DNA of 64,000 nucleotides from the NCBI GenBank assembly GCA_026387175.1, contig JAPLME010000008.1, positions 149,883-213,882 of the forward strand, written 5' to 3'. Origin of the DNA: Candidatus Omnitrophota bacterium (GTDB taxonomy: Bacteria; Omnitrophota; Gorgyraeia; 2-01-FULL-45-10). Shown here one piece after another: positions 31,125-41,844 of the stretch; the first letter of the stretch is position 1, and the number at the start of each line of letters is the position of its first letter. A program made the position numbers and the translations under genes. A model generated the notes under the pieces. It was not told where the DNA came from. It did no database searches and was given only the letters and a program-made list of their open reading frames with translations.

Positions 31125-32330
31125 ATGAATAATGCGGAGTTATTGAGCGTACTGGAGAATATAGAGCGTGAGAAGGGGATATCGAAGGAGTTCCTCTTTA
31201 AGGCGATAGAGTCCGCAATGTCAAGCGCGGCAAAGAAGATCATTGGCTCTAAAGAAGCCGAAGTCACGGCGGTTATAGACCGGTCTACCGGCGAGCTGAA
31301 GATAATCAGCGAGGGCAAAGAGATAAAAAGCGCCGAATTGGGCAGGATCTCCGCTCAAACAGCGAAACAGGTTATAATGCAGAAGATCCGCGAGGCCGAA
31401 CGCGATATAATATTCGATGACTACCAGAAGAGGGCTGGCAGTATAACCAATGGCACCGTCCATAGGTTCGAGAAGGGTGATATCATTGTAGATCTTGGAA
31501 AGACTGAGGCGGTCCTTCCTAAGTCACAGCAGTCGCCAAAGGACCGCTATAAACAGGGCGACAGGGTCCGCGCCTACATCTTAGAGGTCAATAAAACCTC
31601 GCATGGTCCGCAGATAGTCTTATCGAGATCGGACGCGGCCTTCGTAAAAAAATTGTTCGAAATAGAGGTGCCTGAGATAGCTGACGGAATAGTAGAGGTA
31701 AAGGCGGTGGCCAGGGAAGCGGGCGAAAGGACTAAGTTTGCGGTCTGGTCGAAGGACGATAAGGTAGACGCTGTGGGCGCCTGTGTGGGAATGAGAGGAC
31801 AGCGCGTTAAAGACATCGTAAGAGAACTGCAGGGCGAGAGAGTCGATATTATACGCTGGAGCGATGATCTGAAGGAGTATGTGAAAGCCGCAGTCTCCCC
31901 CGCTGAGATATCCGAGATAAAGATAGATAAGGAGCACAAGAAGGTAGAGGTTATAGTAGCCGATGACCAGCTTTCTATCGGAATAGGAAAACATGGCCAG
32001 AACATAAGGCTTGCCTCAAAGCTTGTGGGATGGGAGATGGATATCAGAGGTAAGGGAGAGAGCGCAAAAGCGATATTCGGCGATAAGAAGTCAAAGGCGG
32101 AGGCGGCACTCGAATCCCCCGGCGCCGAAGGCGGCGGAGAAGAGGCGAAACCCCAGACCAAACTTACGGACATAGACGGCATAGGTCCCAGGATCCAGAG
32201 GACCTTGATCGCGGCCGGATATGACACGATTGAGAAGATAAAATGCCTTACCATCGAGGATCTTACACAAGTCGAGGGTATAGGCAAAAAAACAGCTGAG
32301 AAGATAATAAAGTCAGCGAAAGAGATATAA
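31125..32330 (+). CDS. nusA: Transcription termination factor NusA
   Basis: AQTAKQVIMQKIREAER, EVPEI, GACVGMRG, IGKHGQN; C-terminal HhH pair. Confidence 0.97.
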   Translation: MNNAELLSVLENIEREKGISKEFLFKAIESAMSSAAKKIIGSKEAEVTAVIDRSTGELKIISEGKEIKSAELGRISAQTAKQVIMQKIREAERDIIFDDYQKRAGSITNGTVHRFEKGDIIVDLGKTEAVLPKSQQSPKDRYKQGDRVRAYILEVNKTSHGPQIVLSRSDAAFVKKLFEIEVPEIADGIVEVKAVAREAGERTKFAVWSKDDKVDAVGACVGMRGQRVKDIVRELQGERVDIIRWSDDLKEYVKAAVSPAEISEIKIDKEHKKVEVIVADDQLSIGIGKHGQNIRLASKLVGWEMDIRGKGESAKAIFGDKKSKAEAALESPGAEGGGEEAKPQTKLTDIDGIGPRIQRTLIAAGYDTIEKIKCLTIEDLTQVEGIGKKTAEKIIKSAKEI

Positions 32331-34558
32331 TGGTAAAAAAGAGCGCGGAAAAAGATACTAAGGGGACGAAGGAAAAGGTTAAGAAGCCCGCCACGAAGAA
32401 GAAGCTTGCAGCTAAAGCCAAGGCGTCCGCAGCCGCATCCATCGAGAAAAAGAAGCCCGTGGCTAAGACGCCTGCGGTCGTGCCTGCCGCGAAGAAGAGG
32501 GTTGTCCATCCAAAAACGGCGATTAAAAACGACAATGTGATAGCGAAAGAGGCCGAAGCCGCAGTAGCGGTAAGCGTGAAACCAAAACCCATTTCGAAGC
32601 CGGAGATAAAGAAAGAAGAGAAGGCTTATGTTAAAACGGAAATAAGCGCGGCACCGCCTCAGGCCCAAAAGCCTGAAGCCCTCAAGGTAGCTGAGAAATC
32701 GCAGGAGATCAAGGCCGGCCCATCTTCAGTTAAGGAGACGGTTGTTGAAAAAACGGCAGCTGTGGTGCCCGAAGTCCGTGAAGCGAAAGTATTGGAATTC
32801 GACCTGCCTATACCGCTAAAAGATTTTGCCGTAAAATTGGGCGTGAAACCTAATGAGATAATACTGGATCTGATGGGCAAAAATATATTTGCTACGATAA
32901 ATCAGAGTTTAGGCGAAGAGCTTGTTGTAAACCTGTTAAAGGCGAGAGGCATAGAGTTCAGGAAACCCCCTAAGATAGAAGAGCAGGTTTCAAAAGAACA
33001 TACCGAAATGGAGTCAAAGCAGGACGTGCGCCATATTACCGCAAGGCCTCCGGTCGTTACATTCATGGGGCACGTTGACCATGGAAAGACAAGCCTTCTA
33101 GATTTCATCCGGAAGACCCGTGTTGCGGACAAGGAGAAGGGCGGCATTACGCAGCATATAGGCGCATATGAAGTGCGGTTGAAGAACGGCTCGGTCACAT
33201 TCCTGGACACTCCCGGCCACGAGGCTTTTACGGCGATGAGAGCGCGGGGGGCCAATGCGACTGATATCGTAGTCCTTGTGGTTGCCGCTGACGATGGTGT
33301 TATGCCTCAGACCAAAGAGGCCCTGGACCACGCCAGGGCGGCCAGTGTCACGATAGTGGTCGCGCTTAATAAGTGTGATCTTCCTTCGGCAAATATCGAT
33401 AAAGTCAAAGGTCAGCTAAGCCAGATCGGGCTTAGCCCGGAGGATTGGGGCGGGAAGACTATAGTGCTGCCGGTATCGGCCAAGACCGGGGAGGGAGTGG
33501 ACGAACTGCTCGAGATGCTGCTCTTAGAAGCGGAGCTTCTGGAATTGAAAGCTAATCCCGAGCTCAGGGCAAGAGGCGTTGTTATAGAAGGGAAACTCTC
33601 CAGCGCTCAAGGGCCGGTCGCGACGGTGCTTGTGAAGAACGGAACTCTCCGGCTAGGGGACATGATACTCACAGGTATGCATTACGGCCGCGTTAAGGCG
33701 ATGATGGACCATACGGGAACCCGTGTAAAAGCGGCTCCGCCGTCAAAGCCCGTTACGATACTTGGATTATCCGGCGTTCCGATGGCCGGAGATGAGTTCT
33801 TCGTAGTGAGGGACGAAAAGAAGGCGAGGATCCTTTCGACTCTGAAGCAGGATGAGGCCAGGAGCCATAAACTGAAGATGTCGCATCGTGTTACGCTCGA
33901 GGACTTTTATTCGAAGATGAAAGAGGGAGTGGCAAAAGAACTGGATATACTTCTTAAGGGTGATGTGCAGGGGTCCGTCGAGGCGCTGAAGGCTTCGCTC
34001 TTAGAGTTAAACACCAAAGATGTTAAAGTCACGATCATCCATGCTGACGTCGGGAATGTCACCGAGTCGGACGTGATGCTTGCTGTGGCGTCAAACGCTA
34101 TCATCATGGGATTCAACGTGAAGATCGATGAAGGCGCGGCGGATCTGGCGGTGAAAGAAGATATAGAGATAAAGAGCTACAATATAATATACGAAGCGAT
34201 AGAGGACGTAAGGGCCGCTATGGAAGGGCTGCTTGCGCCTGTAGAGAAAGAGATATTTGTAGGAAGAGCTATTGTTAAACAGCCCTTCAGGGTAACGAAG
34301 GTCGGCACCATAGCGGGCAGCCAGGTCGTGAGAGGTAAGATCGTCCGCGCAGGCATTGCCAAGCTCATCCGCGATAAACAGGTTGTGTATGAGGGCAAGA
34401 TCTCCTCTCTTAAGAGGTTTAAGGATGACGTGCGCGAAGTCAACGAAGGCGTTGAGTGCGGAATAGGGCTGTCCGGACATGACGATATAAGAACCGGCGA
34501 CCTTATAGAGATCTACCAGATCGAGAAGATCGCCCGCAGACTAGACGCTAGAAGGTAA
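32330..34558 (+). CDS. infB: Translation initiation factor IF-2
   Basis: [34 protein letters not shown]. Confidence 0.97.
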   Translation: MVKKSAEKDTKGTKEKVKKPATKKKLAAKAKASAAASIEKKKPVAKTPAVVPAAKKRVVHPKTAIKNDNVIAKEAEAAVAVSVKPKPISKPEIKKEEKAYVKTEISAAPPQAQKPEALKVAEKSQEIKAGPSSVKETVVEKTAAVVPEVREAKVLEFDLPIPLKDFAVKLGVKPNEIILDLMGKNIFATINQSLGEELVVNLLKARGIEFRKPPKIEEQVSKEHTEMESKQDVRHITARPPVVTFMGHVDHGKTSLLDFIRKTRVADKEKGGITQHIGAYEVRLKNGSVTFLDTPGHEAFTAMRARGANATDIVVLVVAADDGVMPQTKEALDHARAASVTIVVALNKCDLPSANIDKVKGQLSQIGLSPEDWGGKTIVLPVSAKTGEGVDELLEMLLLEAELLELKANPELRARGVVIEGKLSSAQGPVATVLVKNGTLRLGDMILTGMHYGRVKAMMDHTGTRVKAAPPSKPVTILGLSGVPMAGDEFFVVRDEKKARILSTLKQDEARSHKLKMSHRVTLEDFYSKMKEGVAKELDILLKGDVQGSVEALKASLLELNTKDVKVTIIHADVGNVTESDVMLAVASNAIIMGFNVKIDEGAADLAVKEDIEIKSYNIIYEAIEDVRAAMEGLLAPVEKEIFVGRAIVKQPFRVTKVGTIAGSQVVRGKIVRAGIAKLIRDKQVVYEGKISSLKRFKDDVREVNEGVECGIGLSGHDDIRTGDLIEIYQIEKIARRLDARR

Positions 34559-34559
34559 A

Positions 34560-35552
34560 ATGACAGCTAAGAAGCGGATATTAAGCGGAATGAGGCCTAC
34601 GGGCAAGCTCCATCTTGGGCATCTGGTGGGCGCGCTCAATAACTGGGTAAAGCTGCAGGAGTCCTACCATTGTTTTTATATGATAGCCGACTGGCATGCG
34701 TTAATGAGCGAGTACGAAGACCCGAAGGATATACGCGAAAACTCATATGCGATAGTTAAGGACTTTATCGCTTCGGGCCTCGATCCCGAGAAGAGCGTTA
34801 TATTCATCCAGTCGCATGTGCCGGAGCACCTGGAATTATATATGGTATTCTCGGACCTTACACCGCTTGGATGGGTCGAGAGGTGCCCTACGTATAAAGA
34901 GCAGCTTCGAGAGATAAAAGGGAGAGACCTTACGACCTATGGTTTTCTCGGTTATCCTGTTTTGCAGGCGGCGGATATTGCGCTATATAAGGCCGATGCG
35001 GTTCCTGTAGGGGTCGACCAGATGCCGCATCTGGAGTTAACGCGCGAGATCGTGCGCCGTTTTAATACGATTTACGGCAAGAATGTATTCCCCGAGCCGG
35101 AAGGATTGTTAACGAAGATACCGAAGCTTCTGGGGCTGGATAACAGGAAGATGTCTAAAAGCTACGATAACTTTATTTCGCTTTCCGATGAGCCCGCCGA
35201 TATATCGAGGAAGGTGGCTTCCATGATTACGGATCCGTCCAGAATAAAGCTGGAAGACCCCGGGCACCCGGATGTGTGCAATGTATTCAGTTATTATTCG
35301 ATATTCGCGGATCCGGACTCACTTGCGTCCGTCAAGGATTGGTGCGAGGGCGCTTCGAAAGGCTGCACAGAATGCAAGAAGAGCCTTGCGAAGATATTAA
35401 TAGAGCGCCTTGAGCCGATGAGGTCGAAGAGAGCGAAGCTGTCGAACGATGATGTTAAGGATATTCTGAAGACCGGAGCGAAGAGGGCCAGGGATGCCGC
35501 GGGTCAGACGATGGCCGTGGTCAGATCGCTCATACATTTTGCGCAGGAATAA
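34560..35552 (+). CDS. trpS: Tryptophan--tRNA ligase
   Basis: SGMRPTG.LHLGH, YPVLQAADI, KMSKS. Confidence 0.96.
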   Translation: MTAKKRILSGMRPTGKLHLGHLVGALNNWVKLQESYHCFYMIADWHALMSEYEDPKDIRENSYAIVKDFIASGLDPEKSVIFIQSHVPEHLELYMVFSDLTPLGWVERCPTYKEQLREIKGRDLTTYGFLGYPVLQAADIALYKADAVPVGVDQMPHLELTREIVRRFNTIYGKNVFPEPEGLLTKIPKLLGLDNRKMSKSYDNFISLSDEPADISRKVASMITDPSRIKLEDPGHPDVCNVFSYYSIFADPDSLASVKDWCEGASKGCTECKKSLAKILIERLEPMRSKRAKLSNDDVKDILKTGAKRARDAAGQTMAVVRSLIHFAQE

Positions 35553-36304
35553 TGACCTATAAGGTAAAGCTCGAAGTCTTTGAAGGGCCGCTCGACCTTC
35601 TTTTATACCTGATAAAGAAGGAAGAGGTCGATATATATGATATCCCGATAGCGAAGATCACAGATCAGTATCTGGAATATATGGAGCTGATGCAGCTATT
35701 GGACCTTACGATCGCGGGCGAATTCCTGGTAATGGCCGCAACGCTGATGCATATAAAGTCGAAGCTCCTGCTCCCGCCGGACGAAACCGAATCGGAGAGC
35801 GAGGAAGAGCAGGATCCGAGGGCGGAGCTCGTAAAGAGGCTCTTGGAATATAAGAAGTTCAAAGAAGCCGCGGCAGAGCTCGCGCAGAAAGAATCGCACC
35901 AGAAACATTTTTACGCGCGGGTCGGTTCCGGAATCAATATGGACGAGCTTCCCGCCTCAAAGGACGAATTTCTCGAGGCAAGCTTATTCGATCTTATAAC
36001 CGCGTTCACGAAAGTGCTGAGAGACATCCCGAAAGAGATGTTTCACCGTATCATAAAAGACGAGTTCACCGTATCGGAAAAGATACATGACATACTGCAT
36101 ATGCTCGTCGATCATAAGAAGGTGATCTTCACAGATCTCTTCAAGGCCGCTAAGAACAAAACCGAGATAATAACGATTTTTTTAGCGATACTGGAGCTTA
36201 TAAAGATAAGGGAGGTCAGCATAATTCAGCATGCGCCTTTCGGCGAGATAGAGATAGTGAAGAGTATGGAAAACATTAAACCCTCGGGTGGTGGAAATGG
36301 ATAG
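35552..36304 (+). CDS. scpA: Segregation and condensation protein A
   Basis: FEGPLDLLL, FLAILEL. Confidence 0.95.
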   Translation: MTYKVKLEVFEGPLDLLLYLIKKEEVDIYDIPIAKITDQYLEYMELMQLLDLTIAGEFLVMAATLMHIKSKLLLPPDETESESEEEQDPRAELVKRLLEYKKFKEAAAELAQKESHQKHFYARVGSGINMDELPASKDEFLEASLFDLITAFTKVLRDIPKEMFHRIIKDEFTVSEKIHDILHMLVDHKKVIFTDLFKAAKNKTEIITIFLAILELIKIREVSIIQHAPFGEIEIVKSMENIKPSGGGNG

Positions 36305-36950
36305 AGAAGAGGCAAAAAGGATAGTGGAGGCGCTCTTATTTGTGAGCGACAAACCGGTATCGATAGATACACTGAAAGATGTCCTGAAGGATATAGAACC
36401 CGTGCAGATACGGGATGTCCTGACGGAGCTGAATAATGAATATATCGCTTCAGGCAGAAGTTTCAGCATAAAGGAGATAGCGGGCGGCTTCCAGATGCTT
36501 ACGGACCCGATCTATAGTCGCTGGATCGCGGCGCTTTACAAGAAAGGCTCTGACAGATTGACCGGGCCGTCGCTTGAAACTCTGGCGATAATAGCTTATA
36601 AGCAACCGATAACGAGAACCGATATAGAGATAATCAGGGGCGTTAATGTAGATGGAGTCTTAAGGACTCTCGAGGAGCGGAATCTTGTAAAGACAAAAGG
36701 CAGGCTCGACGCGCCGGGCAGGCCCATACTGTATGTCACGACGAATGAGTTCCTGCAGCATTTCGGGCTGAGATCGCTTGAAGAGCTTCCGAACTTAAAA
36801 GAATTCCAGGAGAGTGATCTGGATTTTGTGAAAGAGGCCCAGAAGTCAGGGGTCATAAACAAAGAGACCGGAAAACTGGAGACGATAAATACTTCAAACG
36901 CCGATACGGAGCAAGGCAGAAGCCAGGAGGAGGCGGTAAATGAACCTTAA
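36297..36950 (+). CDS. scpB: Segregation and condensation protein B
   Basis: EALLF, ETLAIIAYKQP, IRGV, FLQHFGL. Confidence 0.95.
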   Translation: MDREEAKRIVEALLFVSDKPVSIDTLKDVLKDIEPVQIRDVLTELNNEYIASGRSFSIKEIAGGFQMLTDPIYSRWIAALYKKGSDRLTGPSLETLAIIAYKQPITRTDIEIIRGVNVDGVLRTLEERNLVKTKGRLDAPGRPILYVTTNEFLQHFGLRSLEELPNLKEFQESDLDFVKEAQKSGVINKETGKLETINTSNADTEQGRSQEEAVNEP

Positions 36951-38010
36951 AAGGTTGCGGAAGAAGATCGACACGATAGATTCCGAGATGCTGAAACTTC
37001 TTAACAGGAGGGCGGAGATCATCCTCGATGTAGGCAGGATAAAACGCAAATCAAAATCAGCTGCCTATGTCCCTGAGCGCGAGAAGGACATATATGACAG
37101 GCTTCTCGCGAAGAACAGCGGACCGATGTCTAACGATGCCCTGAGGGCCATATTGAGAGAGATCATGTCGAGCTCGCTTTCGCTGGAGCACCCTGTAAGG
37201 ATAGCTTACCTTGGGCCGGAGTTCACTTTTACGCATCTGGCAAGCATCAAGAAGTTTGGCGCAAGCGTCAGTTACACCGGGTGTGAAACGATAACAGATG
37301 TATTCGCGGAGGTTGAAAAGCTCAGAGCCGATTATGGAGTGGTACCGATAGAGAACTCCATCGATGGCGCCGTCACTCATACTCAGGATATGTTCATCGA
37401 TTCCGAGTTAAAAATTTGCTCAGAAGTCTATCTTGAGGTGTCCCATAATCTTCTCTCGAACGAATCCGACAAGAGAAAGATAAGGAAGGTATACTCAAAA
37501 TCTCAGGTTTTTGGCCAGTGCAGGCTATGGATCGAGGCTAATCTTCCGGGGGTAGAACTCGTTGAGGTTTCTAGCACCGCGAAAGCCGCTGAGATCGTCT
37601 CAAAGGAGCGCTTCTCCGCATGCATAGCCGGAGAGCTTGCGGCAAAAAAATATAAGCTAAAGACACTCTGCGGCTCCATAGAGGATAGCTTTCATAATGT
37701 AACCCGATTTCTTGTAATAGGAAAGATCGAGGCCAGGCCGACAAAAAAAGATAAGACCTCTATCATGTTCTCGGTAAAGGACCGCGCGGGCGCTCTTCAC
37801 GATATCCTGGTTCCTTTCAAGCGGCACGGAATCAGCATGACGAAGATAGAGTCGCGGCCGTCCAAGGTCAGGGCGTGGGAATATTATTTCTTTGTAGATA
37901 TAAAGGGTCATCATCACGAGCCTAAAGTGGCCAAAGCTTTGCGGGAGCTGGGAAGATCGGCCACATATATGAAGATCCTTGGATCATATCCGATCGGAGA
38001 TAACGTTTAA
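36940..38010 (+). CDS. pheA: Chorismate mutase / prephenate dehydratase
   Basis: N-terminal CM domain, YLGP, VPIENS, NVTRF, KIESRP ACT domain. Confidence 0.95.
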   Translation: MNLKRLRKKIDTIDSEMLKLLNRRAEIILDVGRIKRKSKSAAYVPEREKDIYDRLLAKNSGPMSNDALRAILREIMSSSLSLEHPVRIAYLGPEFTFTHLASIKKFGASVSYTGCETITDVFAEVEKLRADYGVVPIENSIDGAVTHTQDMFIDSELKICSEVYLEVSHNLLSNESDKRKIRKVYSKSQVFGQCRLWIEANLPGVELVEVSSTAKAAEIVSKERFSACIAGELAAKKYKLKTLCGSIEDSFHNVTRFLVIGKIEARPTKKDKTSIMFSVKDRAGALHDILVPFKRHGISMTKIESRPSKVRAWEYYFFVDIKGHHHEPKVAKALRELGRSATYMKILGSYPIGDNV

Positions 38011-38012
38011 TA

Positions 38013-39122
38013 ATGAGAAATAAGGTCAGACAGAATATATTGAATGTGAAGCAGTATGTGCCGGGCAAGCCTATAGAGGAAGTCCAGAGAGAGCTTGGGT
38101 TAAAAGAGGTTATAAAGCTGGCCTCGAACGAGAATTGCATGGGGCCGTCCCCTAAAGCTATAGCCGCGATCCGCGGCAGCGTCATGGACATAAACCGTTA
38201 TCCGGACTCTTCCAGTTTTTATCTTCGGAAGAAAGTGGCGAAGCTCCTCGGGGTGGAGGATCGGGGCCTCATATTCGGCAACGGTTCCGATGAGATCATA
38301 GGTATGGCGGTGAGGACTTTTGTCGGAGACGGTGACGAAGTGATCATAGCGAAGCCGACATTTCTTATATACGAGATCGTCTCGCAGCTCCAGAACGCGA
38401 AGATAAAGTACGTTCCGCTTCGTGAAGATCTCAGGCATGACTTAAAAGCCATGAAGGATGCTATATCGGATAAGACGAAGGTGGTCTTCATAGCAAACCC
38501 TGATAACCCGACGGGGACTTATGTTTCAGGAAAAGAACTGGACGAATTCTTTAATGGCCTGCCCGAAAAAGTGATAGTCTTCCTTGATGAGGCTTACTTC
38601 GAATTCGCGGATTATACATTTAAGGATTATCCGAATGGCATAGATTATCTAGATAGGCCCGGAGTTATAATAGCGAGGTCATTCTCTAAAGCGTACGGGC
38701 TTGCGGGACTAAGAATAGGATACGGCATATCGAGCCCTGAGATTATAAGCTATATGGAGAGGACCAGAGAACCGTTCAATGTAAATTTACTGGCGCAGGC
38801 TGCCGCCCGTGCAGCGATAGATGACAAGGTATTCTTGAGAAAGACCCTTTCTCATGTTAAAAAAGAGAAAGAATACTTATACGCCGCGTTTAGCGATATG
38901 GGCCTGAGTTACGTCGAGAGCGCTACGAATTTCGTTCTGGTGGATGTCAAAAGAGATTGTAAGGATGTATTTAACACCCTTCTTAAAAAAGGCGTTATCG
39001 TTCGGGATATGAAGGCGTGGGGCCTGGATACATATATACGTGTTACAATAGGAACGAAACCTGAAAATAAGAAATTTGTGAATGCGCTTGAAGGCGTGCT
39101 TAAATCTAATATCTGGAGATAA
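38013..39122 (+). CDS. hisC: Histidinol-phosphate aminotransferase
   Basis: KLASNEN, GNGSDE, DEAY, RSFSKAYGLAGLRIG. Confidence 0.92.
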   Translation: MRNKVRQNILNVKQYVPGKPIEEVQRELGLKEVIKLASNENCMGPSPKAIAAIRGSVMDINRYPDSSSFYLRKKVAKLLGVEDRGLIFGNGSDEIIGMAVRTFVGDGDEVIIAKPTFLIYEIVSQLQNAKIKYVPLREDLRHDLKAMKDAISDKTKVVFIANPDNPTGTYVSGKELDEFFNGLPEKVIVFLDEAYFEFADYTFKDYPNGIDYLDRPGVIIARSFSKAYGLAGLRIGYGISSPEIISYMERTREPFNVNLLAQAAARAAIDDKVFLRKTLSHVKKEKEYLYAAFSDMGLSYVESATNFVLVDVKRDCKDVFNTLLKKGVIVRDMKAWGLDTYIRVTIGTKPENKKFVNALEGVLKSNIWR

Positions 39123-39125
39123 GAG

Positions 39126-40142
39126 ATGATAATAGTCCTCCGTCCGGACGCGACAAAAAAGCAGCTTGACCATCTTGTCAGCAAGATAAAAGGCCTGGGA
39201 CTGCGGCCATGGATCTCGAAAGGGATCGAGAGGACCATAGTCGGCGTGATAGGCGAAGAAGATGTAATGAGGACCCAGCCGCTCGAGGTATTTCCGGGCG
39301 TTGAGAAGGTCATGCAGATATTGACGCCTTATAAGCTGGCCTCGCGCGATTTCAAAAAAGATAACAGCGTGATAGATATCGGGTCAGGCGTGAAAGTTGG
39401 CGGTAAGAAGCTGGTTGTCATGGCTGGGCCGTGCTCCGTCGAGAACCAGAAGCTTTTGATAAGTATTGCCAAAAAAGTGAAGAGCGCAGGTGCTACGGTA
39501 CTGCGGGGCGGAGCTTTTAAACCCAGGACGTCTCCGTACGCTTTTCAGGGGCTGGGGGAGAAGGGCCTGAAATTCCTTGCGGAAGCCAGAAAGGAGACCG
39601 GACTTAAAATAGTCACGGAACTGATGGATATACGCGATATAGACCTGGTCTCTAAATACACAGATATAATCCAGATAGGCGCCCGCAATATGCAGAATTT
39701 CAATCTGCTGAGAGAGGTCGGCAGGACCAAGAAGCCCATCCTTTTAAAACGGGGCATGTCCAATACGATAAAAGAATTTCTGATGTCGGCGGAGTATATA
39801 CTGGCGGAGGGCAATTTCAAAGTCATCCTGTGCGAAAGGGGAATAAGGACGTTCGAGGACGCGACCAGATTCACTCTCGATATAAACGCGGTGAGCGTAG
39901 TGAAGCATCTCAGCCACCTTCCGATAATAATAGATCCGTCCCATGCCGCGGGTAAGTGGAGTTACGTCGGTCCGGCCGCTAAAGCTGGAGTTGCCGCAGG
40001 CGCGGACGGTCTCATAATAGAGGTCCACTCGAAGCCTGAAGAGGCGATGTCGGACGGAGAGCAGTCTCTCCATCCTGAGACTTTCGCGAAATTGATGGTC
40101 CAGATCAAAAAAGTTGCGCGAGCAGTGGGGAGAGAGGTTTAA
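39126..40142 (+). CDS. aroF: DAHP synthase (class I-beta)
   Basis: [28 protein letters not shown]. Confidence 0.93.
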   Translation: MIIVLRPDATKKQLDHLVSKIKGLGLRPWISKGIERTIVGVIGEEDVMRTQPLEVFPGVEKVMQILTPYKLASRDFKKDNSVIDIGSGVKVGGKKLVVMAGPCSVENQKLLISIAKKVKSAGATVLRGGAFKPRTSPYAFQGLGEKGLKFLAEARKETGLKIVTELMDIRDIDLVSKYTDIIQIGARNMQNFNLLREVGRTKKPILLKRGMSNTIKEFLMSAEYILAEGNFKVILCERGIRTFEDATRFTLDINAVSVVKHLSHLPIIIDPSHAAGKWSYVGPAAKAGVAAGADGLIIEVHSKPEEAMSDGEQSLHPETFAKLMVQIKKVARAVGREV

Positions 40143-40148
40143 GACGAG

Positions 40149-41006
40149 ATGGTGCGATTTAATAAAATAGCGATAATCGGGGTAGGGTTGATCGGTGGAT
40201 CGATAGGCCTTGCCATAAAGAAGAACAGGCTTGCAAGAGAAGTCATCGGTGTATTCAGGCGCGGATCCACTTTAAAGAAAGCGCTAAAATGTAAGGCGGT
40301 AGATAAGGGCGTGATGGATATAGCCTCAGGCGTAAAAGACGCGGACCTTATAGTGCTTGCCGCGCCGGTTCATCTAATACCGGGACTGGCCGCTAAAGTT
40401 TTAAAGAGCGCGAAACGCGGCGCTATTATAACCGATGCCGGAAGCACTAAAGGATGGATAGTAAATCAGATAGAGGGTTTATTGGGAAAGTCTTCAAATG
40501 CGTATTTCGTAGGTTCCCACCCTATGGCGGGATCGGAACATACTGGCGTGGAATTTGCCACGGGCGATCTTTTCAGATGCTCTCCCTGTATAGTGACTAA
40601 GACGCCGTGCACGGACGCCGGGGCGCTTCGAAAAGTTTCATCTTTCTGGAGAGCCATCGGAGGTCGTATTAAAGTGATGAGCCCTTATGAACATGACAGG
40701 ACGGTATCGCTTATAAGCCACCTGCCGCATGTAGTCGCCTTTGCGCTAGCCGGCGCGGTGCCGGTCAAAGATATGGCGTGCGCGGCGGAAGGGTTCAGAG
40801 ACACGACGAGGGTGGCCTCGAGCGATCCGGAGCTATGGGCGGATATATTTTTAACAAATAAGAAAGCGTTATCGGATGCCGGAGGGCTTTTTAATAGGCA
40901 TTATGGAAAGCTGCTTAAAGCCATAGGTCAAGGCGATCGGCGTATGACGGTATCTATTTTAAAGCATTCGAAGTCAAGGCGCGATAGATTAGCATATGCA
41001 AAATAA
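40149..41006 (+). CDS. tyrA: Prephenate/arogenate dehydrogenase
   Basis: GVGLIGGS, DAGSTK, HPMAGSE, SHLPH, RDTTRVA. Confidence 0.92.
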   Translation: MVRFNKIAIIGVGLIGGSIGLAIKKNRLAREVIGVFRRGSTLKKALKCKAVDKGVMDIASGVKDADLIVLAAPVHLIPGLAAKVLKSAKRGAIITDAGSTKGWIVNQIEGLLGKSSNAYFVGSHPMAGSEHTGVEFATGDLFRCSPCIVTKTPCTDAGALRKVSSFWRAIGGRIKVMSPYEHDRTVSLISHLPHVVAFALAGAVPVKDMACAAEGFRDTTRVASSDPELWADIFLTNKKALSDAGGLFNRHYGKLLKAIGQGDRRMTVSILKHSKSRRDRLAYAK

Positions 41007-41667
41007 GAACAGCCATTTCATTGTGGCGATAGACGGGCCTGCGGGCAGCGGCAAGAGCACCGTCTCAAAGCTGATCGCTGGAAAGCTCGGCCTTTTATAT
41101 ATCGATACGGGAGCTATGTACAGGGCCCTTACATTAAAGGCGATGAGAGAGGGAGCGGATCTTGAAGACGCCGATGCCCTTACGAATCTTGCCAGGAACA
41201 CAAAGATAGACCTGAGAAATGTTTCCGGCAGCCTGAAAGTCTTTCTGGACGGTGAGGATGTGAGCGCTCTTATAAGGACGCCCGAGCTTACGAATAACGT
41301 GAAGTTCATCGCCCGCGTTCCCGGGGTCAGGCGGGAGATGGTGAATTCGCAGCGTATCATAGGAGGAAGATCAAGCGCTGTTCTCGAAGGCAGGGATATC
41401 GGCACCGTGGTCTTTCCGGATGCCAGGTTCAAATTTTATCTGGATGCCGACGTAGAAGAGCGTTCCAAGAGGCGTCACAAGGAGCTGTTAGAGGCGGGCC
41501 AGGACGCGGATCTCGGCAAAATAAAGAATGATGTGATAAGGAGAGATGAATCCGACATGAATAGGGATGTCGGCGCGCTTAAAAAAGCTCCGGATGCCGT
41601 GCTTATCGATACCACCGACCTTTCGATAGAAGAGGTCACAGAAAAATTATTGAGTTATATAAAATAA
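40996..41667 (+). CDS. cmk: Cytidylate kinase
   Basis: IDGPAGSGKST, DTGAMYR, EGRDIGTVVFP. Confidence 0.96.
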   Translation: MQNKNSHFIVAIDGPAGSGKSTVSKLIAGKLGLLYIDTGAMYRALTLKAMREGADLEDADALTNLARNTKIDLRNVSGSLKVFLDGEDVSALIRTPELTNNVKFIARVPGVRREMVNSQRIIGGRSSAVLEGRDIGTVVFPDARFKFYLDADVEERSKRRHKELLEAGQDADLGKIKNDVIRRDESDMNRDVGALKKAPDAVLIDTTDLSIEEVTEKLLSYIK

Positions 41668-41673
41668 GGTAAA

Positions 41674-41749
41674 ATCCAAATTTTGACAGAGCAAAATTTG
41701 GATACGAAGTTGACTTCAAAATCCAAAATTTTCTCTGTAAAATTTCGGA
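41674..41749. repeat. Inverted doublet of AT-rich palindromes upstream of rpsA
   Basis: ATCCAAATTTTG-ACAGAG-CAAAATTTGGAT then TCCAAAATTTT-CTCTGT-AAAATTTCGGA; the second unit is an inverted copy of the first. Confidence 0.8.
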
Positions 41750-41844
41750 CCAACAAGTTCAGGGTATGGCTGGTTCTTCGCGTATGCCTGAGCAAGCTGT
41801 AAAGAAGCAAAAAATAAAATCCAATGAAAGGGGTTGTTTTACTA

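Noticed and set aside
31574-32668. 364-aa antisense ORF, and the many other antisense ORFs in the track
   Set aside because: These are shadows of well-supported genes (here nusA/infB) with no recognisable motifs.
32330-32780. Lys/Ala-rich, histone-like N-terminus of IF-2
   Set aside because: IF-2 N-termini are commonly low-complexity and variable.
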